From IMG/VR virus record IMGVR_UViG_3300028841_000078: a stretch of 64,000 bases of DNA. One strand, written 5' to 3'. The number at the start of each line of letters is the position of its first letter. Position 1 is the stretch's first letter. Shown in pieces: positions 55,491 to 64,000 of this stretch. The notes beneath the pieces are model-generated. The model was given only the letters and a program-made list of their open reading frames with translations, was not told where the DNA came from and made no database searches. This DNA is from a virus. The translations under genes and the position numbers were made by a program.

Positions 55491-56972
55491 TCAGACCGGC
55501 CCCGCCACGGTCACCGCCCCAACTGCCGGGTAAGCCGCCGCCGTGACACACAAGGTGGCCTGTGACTTTGTGGCGGTCAGCAGCACGGCAGTCCCCCCGA
55601 CCGGTGCCGTAATCGTGAGGGTTGGGACTGCCGTGTAGTGCGCCCCGGAATAATCAACCGTCACCTGTCGGCCCGTCACCCCGCAGACCGGGTTCGTGAC
55701 CGTGGCAACAAAGCTAACAACCTGCGTGATGCTGCCCACGCCCGTCACCGGCACCTTATCACCCTTCGTATTGACGTTTTGGTTGCTGCTGGATAGCAGA
55801 TCATCCGGGTCATACAACTGGCTTGATAGCGTAACCGCCGTGGTCATCGAGTCGGATTGATAGCGATGCTCGTATTCGGTGACATACATGCTCTCGCTGA
55901 TCACATAGCCGCCATTGCCATCTGGGATTGTGACCAAGGCTTTTTTGCCCACGATCATGTCTAAAATAATCCACGGACACACCAGATCGACCCGCCGCAC
56001 GGCTTGAGATTTCATCTCCAGATACTTGACCGCGATATCGGTGAGCAACTGCTGCGCGGGGTAAATATGTTCAAGCAGCTTCTCGCCCAGTGGGGTCACG
56101 CCGCCGATATTGATGGCGCGGGTGCAGCCCACTGCGCCGATTTTGCGAAGGCGAAAGTAGTCTTTGAGATTGCGCTTGATCAGTTCAATGACATACCCGG
56201 CGGGCACTGTTGAATACTCCGGAGCCTTTCCGGTGGTGTTATCCCCCATCAGCAGCACGTAATTGTCGTTTGACCCCTCTTTGGTGTATCCCCCACCCTC
56301 CACATACAGCGCCGAGGTCAGTTCCGAAATATCATCGGTGAACTGAGAATGAATCCAGCTTAAGCGAATGTCGCTGTGATCATTCCCCGGCCCCCCAAAA
56401 ATCAGCCCCGACTCCTCTCCGAATTGCCCCACCTCAATTGTGCAGTCATCCTTCACCCTAAAGCTATTCCCACTCACCCCGCACAGATTCCGAATCACCT
56501 CCAGCATGTTGCGCCCGTTTGCATTCAGTCGCCCCCCAAAGTTAAAGTTGTTGGGGTTGACAAAGACCAGCGGAATCGTGCGCCCGGTTTCGTCCAAGAT
56601 GTATTGGCCGATCTTGTTAAAAGTATCGACCACGGTCAGGTCATCAAAGACGGTTGCCCCGCTGGTGGCCGCGCAGCGCAGCACCGAACCACACGAAGGC
56701 TCAAGGCTGAGGGTCACCCCGCCATCGGTTTCTGAGGCATCGTTGACGACCAGATGCACCCGGTAATCCTCAAACTTGACCCCGCTGATATAGACCCGAA
56801 TCGTGTCGTTGTTCTGCACCGTATAAAGATCGGTGATGGGCAGAATCAGTTCAGGCTCGCGCACCTCGTTGAGTGCCCCACTCCGGGTAAAGGACTTGAA
56901 TTTGAGAATTCGGCGAATGAAGTTCACGCCGCGCCACTGCTCGATGACGGGCAACTCTTTACTGACGATCAT
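55491..56972 (-). CDS. siphovirus baseplate hub/Tal-like minor tail protein
   Basis: Position after Dit; 'IVGKKALVTIP...MYVTEYEHRY' OB-like region. Confidence 0.65.
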   Translation of the reverse strand: MIVSKELPVIEQWRGVNFIRRILKFKSFTRSGALNEVREPELILPITDLYTVQNNDTIRVYISGVKFEDYRVHLVVNDASETDGGVTLSLEPSCGSVLRCAATSGATVFDDLTVVDTFNKIGQYILDETGRTIPLVFVNPNNFNFGGRLNANGRNMLEVIRNLCGVSGNSFRVKDDCTIEVGQFGEESGLIFGGPGNDHSDIRLSWIHSQFTDDISELTSALYVEGGGYTKEGSNDNYVLLMGDNTTGKAPEYSTVPAGYVIELIKRNLKDYFRLRKIGAVGCTRAINIGGVTPLGEKLLEHIYPAQQLLTDIAVKYLEMKSQAVRRVDLVCPWIILDMIVGKKALVTIPDGNGGYVISESMYVTEYEHRYQSDSMTTAVTLSSQLYDPDDLLSSSNQNVNTKGDKVPVTGVGSITQVVSFVATVTNPVCGVTGRQVTVDYSGAHYTAVPTLTITAPVGGTAVLLTATKSQATLCVTAAAYPAVGAVTVAGPV

Positions 56973-57265
56973 GATTCACCAATGACTTTAGCAACCTTGC
57001 TAATCAGTTTGAGCTTGACCCGCTTGCGCGGGGGCAGCGCCTGAATCGTTTTCCATTGCCCGGTCGCGGGCAGGTAATGCCGACGCTCGGCGCGGGCGGA
57101 CCACATGATGATTTTGCCGGTAAGTAGATCAGGCATCTTGACCCTGCCGGAGGTTTTGATATCACTCAAGACCGACTCGACAATGGCATCGTAGACCTTG
57201 GCAACGTCAGCGGCGGAGATCTCGGTGGCCTCAGCAATGCGCTTGATAAACTGTTTCTTTCTCAT
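56969..57265 (-). CDS. hup: HU/IHF-like DNA-binding protein
   Basis: MRKKQFIKRIAEATEISAADVAKVYDAIVESV...GRVKMP...RARR..PATGQ..I...RKRVKL. Confidence 0.8.
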   Translation of the reverse strand: MRKKQFIKRIAEATEISAADVAKVYDAIVESVLSDIKTSGRVKMPDLLTGKIIMWSARAERRHYLPATGQWKTIQALPPRKRVKLKLISKVAKVIGES

Positions 57266-58311
57266 AATATCCAGCGGGGCTTGATGCCGATCACGGCACG
57301 GCCCTCGACTTCCAACCGGTTAATACCGGGGGCAATGCGGGGGAAACGACTGGTTTGGGAGGGCTTGGGGGTGCACTGAGAATACACGGATTGTTTGTCT
57401 AAATCAATCGTGTCTTTGTTATTCAGTGTCACCGTCTGCACAAAGTAATGCTCATTGATGATACGAACCGTGGTGTTGTCTTGCTCGGCCCGGATATACC
57501 CGGTCGCCTCAAAGGTTCCGGGGACGTTGACCCCTAAACTCGCCTTCCCCATCAATCGATAGTTGATACTGCCCCACAGACATTCCGCGTCATAAAAACA
57601 AAAACACCCCTGCGCAATACAGGCGAGTGGGTCTTTGTGATACCAGCGCTGGCTGTCCCCACAATCGGGCAGTGATCTTGGTTTACGGGTGTTGCCCGCT
57701 GATATTAACTGCTCCATTTCGTCAATTGTTCGCGCTTGACGGACCGGCGGCGGTGAACCAAAACGCCACTCCGATTTAGTCATGTAGGTAAACGGCGCGG
57801 CCAGCGTGAATTTGACTTCAACCGCATCAAAGCCTTTCAGAATGTCATCGATCTGATTTTTGATATGCGGCTCCTCGATCTTGGCATACGTCCACATCCA
57901 CTCACCAGAAGACTGTGCCGGGAGATAACCATCACAGTTCTCACAGTCACCCGCCGCGTCGTCTTGCACATAGACCACCAGCGGCCTCCAGATACCTGCT
58001 TGCGCCATAATGCCCGATAACTCACTTTGAGCCAAACACGATGAAAGCTGGTTGTTCTGGTAGGTATTGGCATACTTCCCCGACCACGACATCTCGCCGG
58101 TCGAGATGGGGCTGCGAATAATCCCTTGAGAACTGTCAATCACCCCATCCACCAAAAAGGCGCTTTCGGATTTGGTGTCTCGATACTTCCAAGAGATATC
58201 CCCGGAATACTGGACACGCGGCAATAGAAACTTGCCGAACTGATACGCAATGACGCTGCGCCCCATCCGGCCTACCTTTCTGAACTGTTGGGTTGGACTG
58301 AGTTTGATCAT
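57262..58311 (-). CDS. distal tail protein (Dit-like)
   Basis: Follows the tape measure gene; C-terminal 'FPRIAPGINRLEV...PRW'. Confidence 0.7.
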   Translation of the reverse strand: MIKLSPTQQFRKVGRMGRSVIAYQFGKFLLPRVQYSGDISWKYRDTKSESAFLVDGVIDSSQGIIRSPISTGEMSWSGKYANTYQNNQLSSCLAQSELSGIMAQAGIWRPLVVYVQDDAAGDCENCDGYLPAQSSGEWMWTYAKIEEPHIKNQIDDILKGFDAVEVKFTLAAPFTYMTKSEWRFGSPPPVRQARTIDEMEQLISAGNTRKPRSLPDCGDSQRWYHKDPLACIAQGCFCFYDAECLWGSINYRLMGKASLGVNVPGTFEATGYIRAEQDNTTVRIINEHYFVQTVTLNNKDTIDLDKQSVYSQCTPKPSQTSRFPRIAPGINRLEVEGRAVIGIKPRWIL

Positions 58312-61300
58312 TAAATTCTCCCCGTTGCGCGGGCACGTCGCCGCGCCATCGCCTCACTCACCCCGGCGCGGGCACCCCGCTGCGCGGCCCGTTGCACGGC
58401 TTGTGGATTGGTGGCTCCCCGCGCATCGATCTGGAAGGTCTGACGGTTGTCGTAGCTGTGGCTGACCACCGAGGTTGCCCCATCCAAGAAGCGCCCCCCG
58501 CTGATCGAGTTTAGGCGGCTTGAGTTGGCCGCGTTGACAAAGATACCGCTTGAGTCTGACACAAAGTATTCCGGTCCAAGTTCCCCCACCATCGCCAACT
58601 GTCCAGCCTGATACATCCCACCCGCCGCAAATTGCTGCACCGGCCCCCGGCTTCCCGGCCTCCGTGTTGAACGAGGAACGGGGTCTGCGGGGCGATAGGG
58701 GCGATTCCCACTACTACCCCCCGCCCCGGTCACAATCGACGCTGAGAGGGCCTCTGCGGTGATTTTGGTGGCACTATTGATGATCGCCTGCGTGGTCGAT
58801 TGCAGGGCTTTGAAGCGCAACAAATTCTCTTGGCGTTGTTTCTCCGCCAGACTGTCGGCGGTCGATTGGGCGGTCAGCGAACTCATCGACTGAATCCCGC
58901 CCATCCCCACGGCAAACTTTCTGCCGGTGGCCGGGTCGTAGTATTGCGATGACGCGGCCTGCCGCGCCGATTTCGCCGACAGGCGTAGATCATCGATCTG
59001 CTTGTTCAGTGTGTCGATGGCCCCTTCGGTCCGGTAAATTGCCGGGGCATCGCGCTGCTGAATCAGAGCATCCATCTTGGCCTTCTCCGCCAGATACACC
59101 CCCGCCGCACTGTTGGGAGTTTGGTTGGCAATTTCGCGCAGCTTCTTATCGCTGAGTTGTGGACCGATGTCCGGGTGAATGAAGGCGATATCGCTGCCCT
59201 GATTGCGCTTGACCCACTTCGCCAGTTCGCTGGCCGGATAGATATTCGCCAAATCCTCAACCTGTTTGACGGTCGTCGGAGGCGGAATAAAGTCATACGG
59301 CCCGCGTGAGTCTACGGCATAACCAAGCGCATAAAGCTGCTTGAGGATGTCTTTGGTGGTGCCGCCCTGCACGATCAGGCCATCATTGTCAGGCACGAAC
59401 ATTTCCGGCAGACCGCCATCGCCCACGACCACGGCCTGACCGCGCTTGACGCGACCACCCCGCGCCCGCTCGTCCGGCGGCTTACCCCCAATCCCCTTAC
59501 TCTTGCCTTTGTTGCCGGTGCCGCCTCCCCCTGTGCCAGAGCCGGTGCCTGACCCTGTTCCGCTGCCAGTACCGCTGCCGGTGCCACCGACCCCTCCAGA
59601 CCCATCCCCGGTCGCGGTCGTATCGGTGACCACGGTGATCGGCACATACACCGTGCGGCCCTTGATGCTGCCGACAATGCTATCGAGCGAGGCATTGATT
59701 GGCCCGCTGATGTTGTCGGTGACCTTGCCTAAACTCATCGTGACCGGCGGCTGTGGCTCAAGTGGCTTCTCGGCATCCTTCTTGATGCCCTCCCGCGCAT
59801 CGGTGATCGACTTATCAATCGCTGCCGTATCTACACCGGCAGCGGTCAGCGTTGACTTCACCGGAATCTCTAAGCCCTTATCAACGTCGATGCCTTGGCT
59901 GGCCAGCAATTGCTGCACGATCTGACCAGACCCGGCGTTGGCGATTTTATTTTTAGCATCAATCGCCAGCATCAGTTTTTTGTCGTCGGCCTCGGTGCCT
60001 TGATTGACCTTGCCGCCCTTGCCCTTTTTGCCGAACTGATTGGCCTCTTTGGTGAGTTGATCAACCTGACCGGCCAGATCTGCCTCAAAGTTGGTGACCA
60101 ACTTGAACTTCACCGCCTGTTCAATCGTCAGCGGTGCCGCCCCGGTAATCTGAGGGGCTAGGCCCTTGATGCCATCTTGCAGGTTCTTGAGCTTGGTCAG
60201 ATATTCCTCGTAGCTGACCTTGCCTGAAGCCAAGTCATTATCCAGCGCCTGCAAGCCAAGTCCAAGTGTGTAAGTTGTGGTCTTTGCTTTTCCAGTCGCT
60301 CCCAAGTAATTCTCTAGTTGCTTAGTGGTCTCGGCCAACCCCGGCGCGACTCCATCCTTGCTAGTTTCTGCCAAATTCTGAAGCGCGGTTTCAAAGCCGC
60401 CCACCGCCCGGTCTTGAAATGAGTTATCCAAGAACTGATTGAACGCCTCAATCTTGGCTTGTGCCTCGTCAAGATCGCGCTGTTCGGTTTTAGATAGGCC
60501 ACGCCGACGAGTGCCACGAACCACTGTCGGGGTGGCCGGGGTGCCATCTGGGTTGACAATCGGGGTGCCATCATCGTTGTAAGCAGCGGCAACAGTTGAC
60601 GCATTGGGCTTCTCGGCATTAAACACATTGAGGTTGCGTTGTGCGCTGACTAAATTGGCCTCTGCGTTGCCAATCGTGTTTGGGTTGGGTTTCTTGGCAT
60701 TTCGAGCGTTGTTGAGACTTCGCTCTGCGTTTTCAACCGCCTTGACTTTATCTTTGTACTGATCGGCCAACTTCATTGACTTAATCGTTGACTCATTTTC
60801 AACCCGCTTGCCATTCACCACGGTATAGCTATATGCCACCTGTGCGTCTTTGAGCTTGCCCAACTTCTCAACCGTCTTAAATGCGTCCCCGGTGCCTTTG
60901 AATGCGTCATCGAAACTAGCCGAGGTCTTAAGGACGTTATCAACCTGTCCGGTCACGTTTTGAATGATGAACTTATTGCGAGCCTCTAACTCTTTGGGTT
61001 CAAGCGGCTGACCATAGACTGAGGCATCCGGAGGCGGTGCTTGTCCGGGCACCTGTTGGGTTTCATATTGCTCGCGAACTTTGCTTGACCCGCCGGGAAG
61101 CACGGCTCCAAAATTGCCGGTCTGTTGGGCTTTGAGTTGTGAAATGTAGCTGGTCAAATTCTCAACATCGGCCTTCCCGTAAAAATCCAATCCGCCTAAA
61201 AAGCCTTCATTTTTCATTCGGGTTTGGGCTTTAACGAGCTCGGCTTGTGCGGCCTCGATCTGTTTGCCAATGTCTTGCGAGGGAATTTCTTTCGGACTGA

Positions 61301-63161
61301 TCAAGCCAAAGCCGGTCGAGGTCAGTGGCGAACCGCCGACGGTTGGGTTGATGCCCAGTGCGCGAAGGATGCCATACCCTTGAAAGAGTTGACCTGCCGC
61401 CCCCGGAAGAAACTGGCCAAAGGGAGATAGCGCGTCGATAAAGTTGGTTGCATTATTGGCTTTGCGAGTTTGCTGCGTGAGTCTCCCCTTGCCGACATCT
61501 CCAATATCGCCGCCAAGATCATTGTTGATTCTCAGCAGCATTGCCTCAATTGCGTTGCCAACCTCTTGCGTTGCCGGGGCAAACTTATCACCAAGCGTGA
61601 TTTGAATGCCATCAAAGGCCGATTGAATTCGGGCGGCTTGCTGCTCCATCGTGGAACCCATGATGACCGCCGCCTGCATGGTATTCCCTTGGCTCTGGGT
61701 AATGCGTCCTAGGATTTCGTCGTAGGTGTCAAACTCACCCCGCGCCAATGACAGCACGCCGGTATAGGCCCGAATGTTGCCAAAGATTTGACTAAGCACC
61801 GTCTCGCGGTTGCCGGTGGCCGTGGCGCGTAGATCGATATCTTTTAGCACCTCGCCCAACCCCTCGGACTTGAGGCGCTTGGCGATGTCCCCCGGCGTAA
61901 TCCCCAACTCTTTCAGCGCCTTAATCGCCTCTTTTGATGGGTCAATCAAGTTGGAGATCGTCTGCTTGAGTTGTGTAACCGCTTGTGGAGCGGTCGAGCC
62001 TGTTCGGGTGATTGTGGCGATGGCCGCGCCCACCTCCTCGATGCGAACCCCCGCCGCCGCCGCAATGGGCAGCACCAAGCCAAGCGACTTCGCCAACTGT
62101 TCCGGTTCGGCTTTGCCCTCGCGCACCGTGGCGGTAAAGACATCGGTGTATTTAATGGCGCTTGATGCTTGTTCACCGTAGGCCTGCAATGAGCTTGTCA
62201 GCAGGTCCGCAAAGTTCTTGGTGGACCCTAGACCGGCTTGGTTGGCTAGAGACGAGGCCGACAAGACCTGTTGAGCGCCCCGACCGCTGAAACCGGATGA
62301 CGAAATAAAGTAAGCCGCCTGCGCCAGATCTTCCTGAGACTGACCGGTGCCAAGCGAAAGCTGCCGACCCTGTTGTTGCAATCCCCGCGCCTCAGTCGGC
62401 GATGCGCCGGTCAGGGCACGAAGCAGCGCAATCGGGGTTTGCACCCCCTGATACTTCTGAACCGATTCGCGGCCAAAGTTGATCGCCGCTCCGCCCGCCG
62501 TGACGAGCGCCCCCACCCCGGCAGCGGCGGGAACCCCTAGCGACCCACCCAACAACTGAACGATGTTACCGACGCTCGATAGGGTCTTACCACCGGGCAG
62601 GTTTAGAGTGTTAAGTAGGCTTGACGCACCGTAAAACTTTTGCGCGGCGACATAGGCGCTGAACTCTTTATAGGCTTGGCTCTCTTGCTTGGCCTGTTCG
62701 CGGGCGATGCGTTGCTGATCTTGGAACGCTTGACGCGAGGCCAAAATCTGCTGCTGATAGCCGAACTTTTGCGCGGCAAGTTGTTGGTTGTTGTTGGCAT
62801 AGGTGTTCGCCAGCAAAATCGAGGCGGCTGATTTCTGACCGGCCAACTGCTGCGCGGCCCCGGCCTTTTGGCTGGCTAGTTGTTGGGCGAGGGCAGACTT
62901 TGACGCGGCAAGCGACAGTGCATCATTGGCTTTCTGCGATTGAATCTGTTGGGCTTGCTGAAAGTTTTGCTGACTAAGCGCGGCCTTGCCCTGCTGTTGC
63001 AACTGAGCAAGTTGCACCTTGTATTGCTGCAGAATCTGTTGAGCAGGGCTGGCCCCGCCCGTTCCACCCGCCGCTCCACCCAAACTAGCAAGTTGCGCCT
63101 TAATCGCCCCTAGTGCCGCCGGGTCAAGTTGCAAGCCTACCGTTAAAACAATCGTGGACAT
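58311..63161 (-). CDS. tape measure protein (TP901 family)
   Basis: 1616 aa, Ala/Gln-rich helical; DLAQAAYFISSSG...TATVREGKAEP; RARGG/FAAGG...VGELGPE motifs. Confidence 0.92.
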   Translation of the reverse strand: MSTIVLTVGLQLDPAALGAIKAQLASLGGAAGGTGGASPAQQILQQYKVQLAQLQQQGKAALSQQNFQQAQQIQSQKANDALSLAASKSALAQQLASQKAGAAQQLAGQKSAASILLANTYANNNQQLAAQKFGYQQQILASRQAFQDQQRIAREQAKQESQAYKEFSAYVAAQKFYGASSLLNTLNLPGGKTLSSVGNIVQLLGGSLGVPAAAGVGALVTAGGAAINFGRESVQKYQGVQTPIALLRALTGASPTEARGLQQQGRQLSLGTGQSQEDLAQAAYFISSSGFSGRGAQQVLSASSLANQAGLGSTKNFADLLTSSLQAYGEQASSAIKYTDVFTATVREGKAEPEQLAKSLGLVLPIAAAAGVRIEEVGAAIATITRTGSTAPQAVTQLKQTISNLIDPSKEAIKALKELGITPGDIAKRLKSEGLGEVLKDIDLRATATGNRETVLSQIFGNIRAYTGVLSLARGEFDTYDEILGRITQSQGNTMQAAVIMGSTMEQQAARIQSAFDGIQITLGDKFAPATQEVGNAIEAMLLRINNDLGGDIGDVGKGRLTQQTRKANNATNFIDALSPFGQFLPGAAGQLFQGYGILRALGINPTVGGSPLTSTGFGLISPKEIPSQDIGKQIEAAQAELVKAQTRMKNEGFLGGLDFYGKADVENLTSYISQLKAQQTGNFGAVLPGGSSKVREQYETQQVPGQAPPPDASVYGQPLEPKELEARNKFIIQNVTGQVDNVLKTSASFDDAFKGTGDAFKTVEKLGKLKDAQVAYSYTVVNGKRVENESTIKSMKLADQYKDKVKAVENAERSLNNARNAKKPNPNTIGNAEANLVSAQRNLNVFNAEKPNASTVAAAYNDDGTPIVNPDGTPATPTVVRGTRRRGLSKTEQRDLDEAQAKIEAFNQFLDNSFQDRAVGGFETALQNLAETSKDGVAPGLAETTKQLENYLGATGKAKTTTYTLGLGLQALDNDLASGKVSYEEYLTKLKNLQDGIKGLAPQITGAAPLTIEQAVKFKLVTNFEADLAGQVDQLTKEANQFGKKGKGGKVNQGTEADDKKLMLAIDAKNKIANAGSGQIVQQLLASQGIDVDKGLEIPVKSTLTAAGVDTAAIDKSITDAREGIKKDAEKPLEPQPPVTMSLGKVTDNISGPINASLDSIVGSIKGRTVYVPITVVTDTTATGDGSGGVGGTGSGTGSGTGSGTGSGTGGGGTGNKGKSKGIGGKPPDERARGGRVKRGQAVVVGDGGLPEMFVPDNDGLIVQGGTTKDILKQLYALGYAVDSRGPYDFIPPPTTVKQVEDLANIYPASELAKWVKRNQGSDIAFIHPDIGPQLSDKKLREIANQTPNSAAGVYLAEKAKMDALIQQRDAPAIYRTEGAIDTLNKQIDDLRLSAKSARQAASSQYYDPATGRKFAVGMGGIQSMSSLTAQSTADSLAEKQRQENLLRFKALQSTTQAIINSATKITAEALSASIVTGAGGSSGNRPYRPADPVPRSTRRPGSRGPVQQFAAGGMYQAGQLAMVGELGPEYFVSDSSGIFVNAANSSRLNSISGGRFLDGATSVVSHSYDNRQTFQIDARGATNPQAVQRAAQRGARAGVSEAMARRRARATGRI

Positions 63162-63224
63162 AGTTCACCCTTATTTTTGTTATTCTGATGACATGTCACA
63201 TCGATGTGACAACAATCAGAATTG

Positions 63225-63695
63225 CTAACTCAGTGCCTGTGTCACCGCGTCAATAATTTCTTGCTGCTTTTCATTAACCACATGACCGATAAAATCACGC
63301 GGAGCAATCGTGGTTGGCCTACGTTCATACACCAGACCGTCATACGATTTCTCGCCCGGACCAGCAAACGGGTCACCGGGCTGCGAGAAAGCATCATAGG
63401 GGCCAATGGTCATCAGTGTGTGAGACACGCCCGGTGAGGTCGAACCAAAGTTGATCGCCTCCCACCAGCTATCCCCGGAATCGGTGATGACCACATCGGC
63501 ACTGGTAATGCCAGCGTCCACTTTTGGACCATCAATGTCAATGGCGGGCTGATGACTCCAGTCATCGACAATCTTTTGATGCGCCTTTTGGCCCACCTCG
63601 GCCCCGGCCTTGACCGCGATGGCAAATTTAACCGCCAGCGCCTGATTAATGTCGGCCTCGTTGACCAAAGCATTCGTGATAAAGACATTGATCAT
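63225..63695 (-). CDS. tail completion/neck protein
   Basis: Position; 'INFGS...PRDFIG' resembles HK97 gp10-like proteins. Confidence 0.5.
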   Translation of the reverse strand: MINVFITNALVNEADINQALAVKFAIAVKAGAEVGQKAHQKIVDDWSHQPAIDIDGPKVDAGITSADVVITDSGDSWWEAINFGSTSPGVSHTLMTIGPYDAFSQPGDPFAGPGEKSYDGLVYERRPTTIAPRDFIGHVVNEKQQEIIDAVTQALS

Positions 63696-63977
63696 TTAGT
63701 TCCAACCCTCCAGCCAATCCTCAAAGGATTGATCATTCTTAATCGGCACCACAAACTCCGACAGATCAATTTCATCGATGTGCTCGGCGACCATCTCAGT
63801 CGCATCCGAAATGATTGATCTAGCGACAAAATCTAACTTATCTCTGTCGGTCCATTCGTTCACCCATTCACTAATCCGCACCCCGGCGCGGCCTGCCCAA
63901 TACGATGCCTCATGCAGTCGGCTGTGCCTCACGAACGGAGTCTTCCGCTTGTTGCGGACATTCATCGCTAGACTCAT
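63696..63977 (-). CDS. tail assembly chaperone-like protein
   Basis: Small ORF upstream of the tape measure gene. Confidence 0.45.
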   Translation of the reverse strand: MSLAMNVRNKRKTPFVRHSRLHEASYWAGRAGVRISEWVNEWTDRDKLDFVARSIISDATEMVAEHIDEIDLSEFVVPIKNDQSFEDWLEGWN

Positions 63978-64000
63978 CAGGTCGCGGCCCTGATAGGTCG

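Larger units (their letters stand above)
1010..63210. repeat. dispersed 16-bp palindrome GTCACATCGATGTGAC (at least 21 copies)
   Basis: Exact copies start at 1010, 7779, 17369, 18455, 18958, 19291, 22099, 24532, 26806, 29025, 37082, 41098, 44042, 53741, 55470, 63195; variants at 10925, 25142, 47145, 50140, 52271. Confidence 0.95.

Noticed and set aside
63226-63235. Class-B promoter upstream of the tape measure gene
   Set aside because: CTGAGTTAG coincides with Leu-Ser-stop codons, and there is no xAnnnT hexamer at the expected spacing.
1-64000. Integrase, att site, DNA polymerase or major capsid gene
   Set aside because: No recognisable motifs; lifestyle cannot be assigned from this window.

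Overview
The window is a GC-rich tailed-phage genome segment (siphovirus-like), with no capsid, DNA polymerase or integrase gene recognisable. Morphogenesis genes lie on the minus strand in two blocks. The left block (13.2 kb to 1) has the terminase large subunit, portal and several fibre/receptor-binding genes. The right block (64 to 55.5 kb) has a tail chaperone, tape measure, Dit, HU and a hub/Tal-like gene. Between them is a ~35 kb plus-strand early/replication region. The host may be Chloroflexota (weak inference). Main highlights: (1) a phage Ro60/TROVE gene preceded by its own promoter and a tandem array of four Y-RNA-like units, the last a circularly permuted tRNA mimic (YrlA-like), with different anticodon-like loops in different units; (2) a downstream phospho-enzyme cluster with a PEP-synthase/RPH-type dikinase carrying an unknown acceptor domain and two tandem CX5R phosphatases, plus an atypical kinase upstream; (3) at least 21 copies of the 16-bp palindrome GTCACATCGATGTGAC; (4) a promoter class GCGTGAGTTA-N14-xAnnnT that mostly drives leaderless mRNAs; (5) an FtsK/TraB-like plus membrane-protein module under a divergent RHH-controlled switch. 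All calls come from reading the sequence and recalled motifs; no searches were run.
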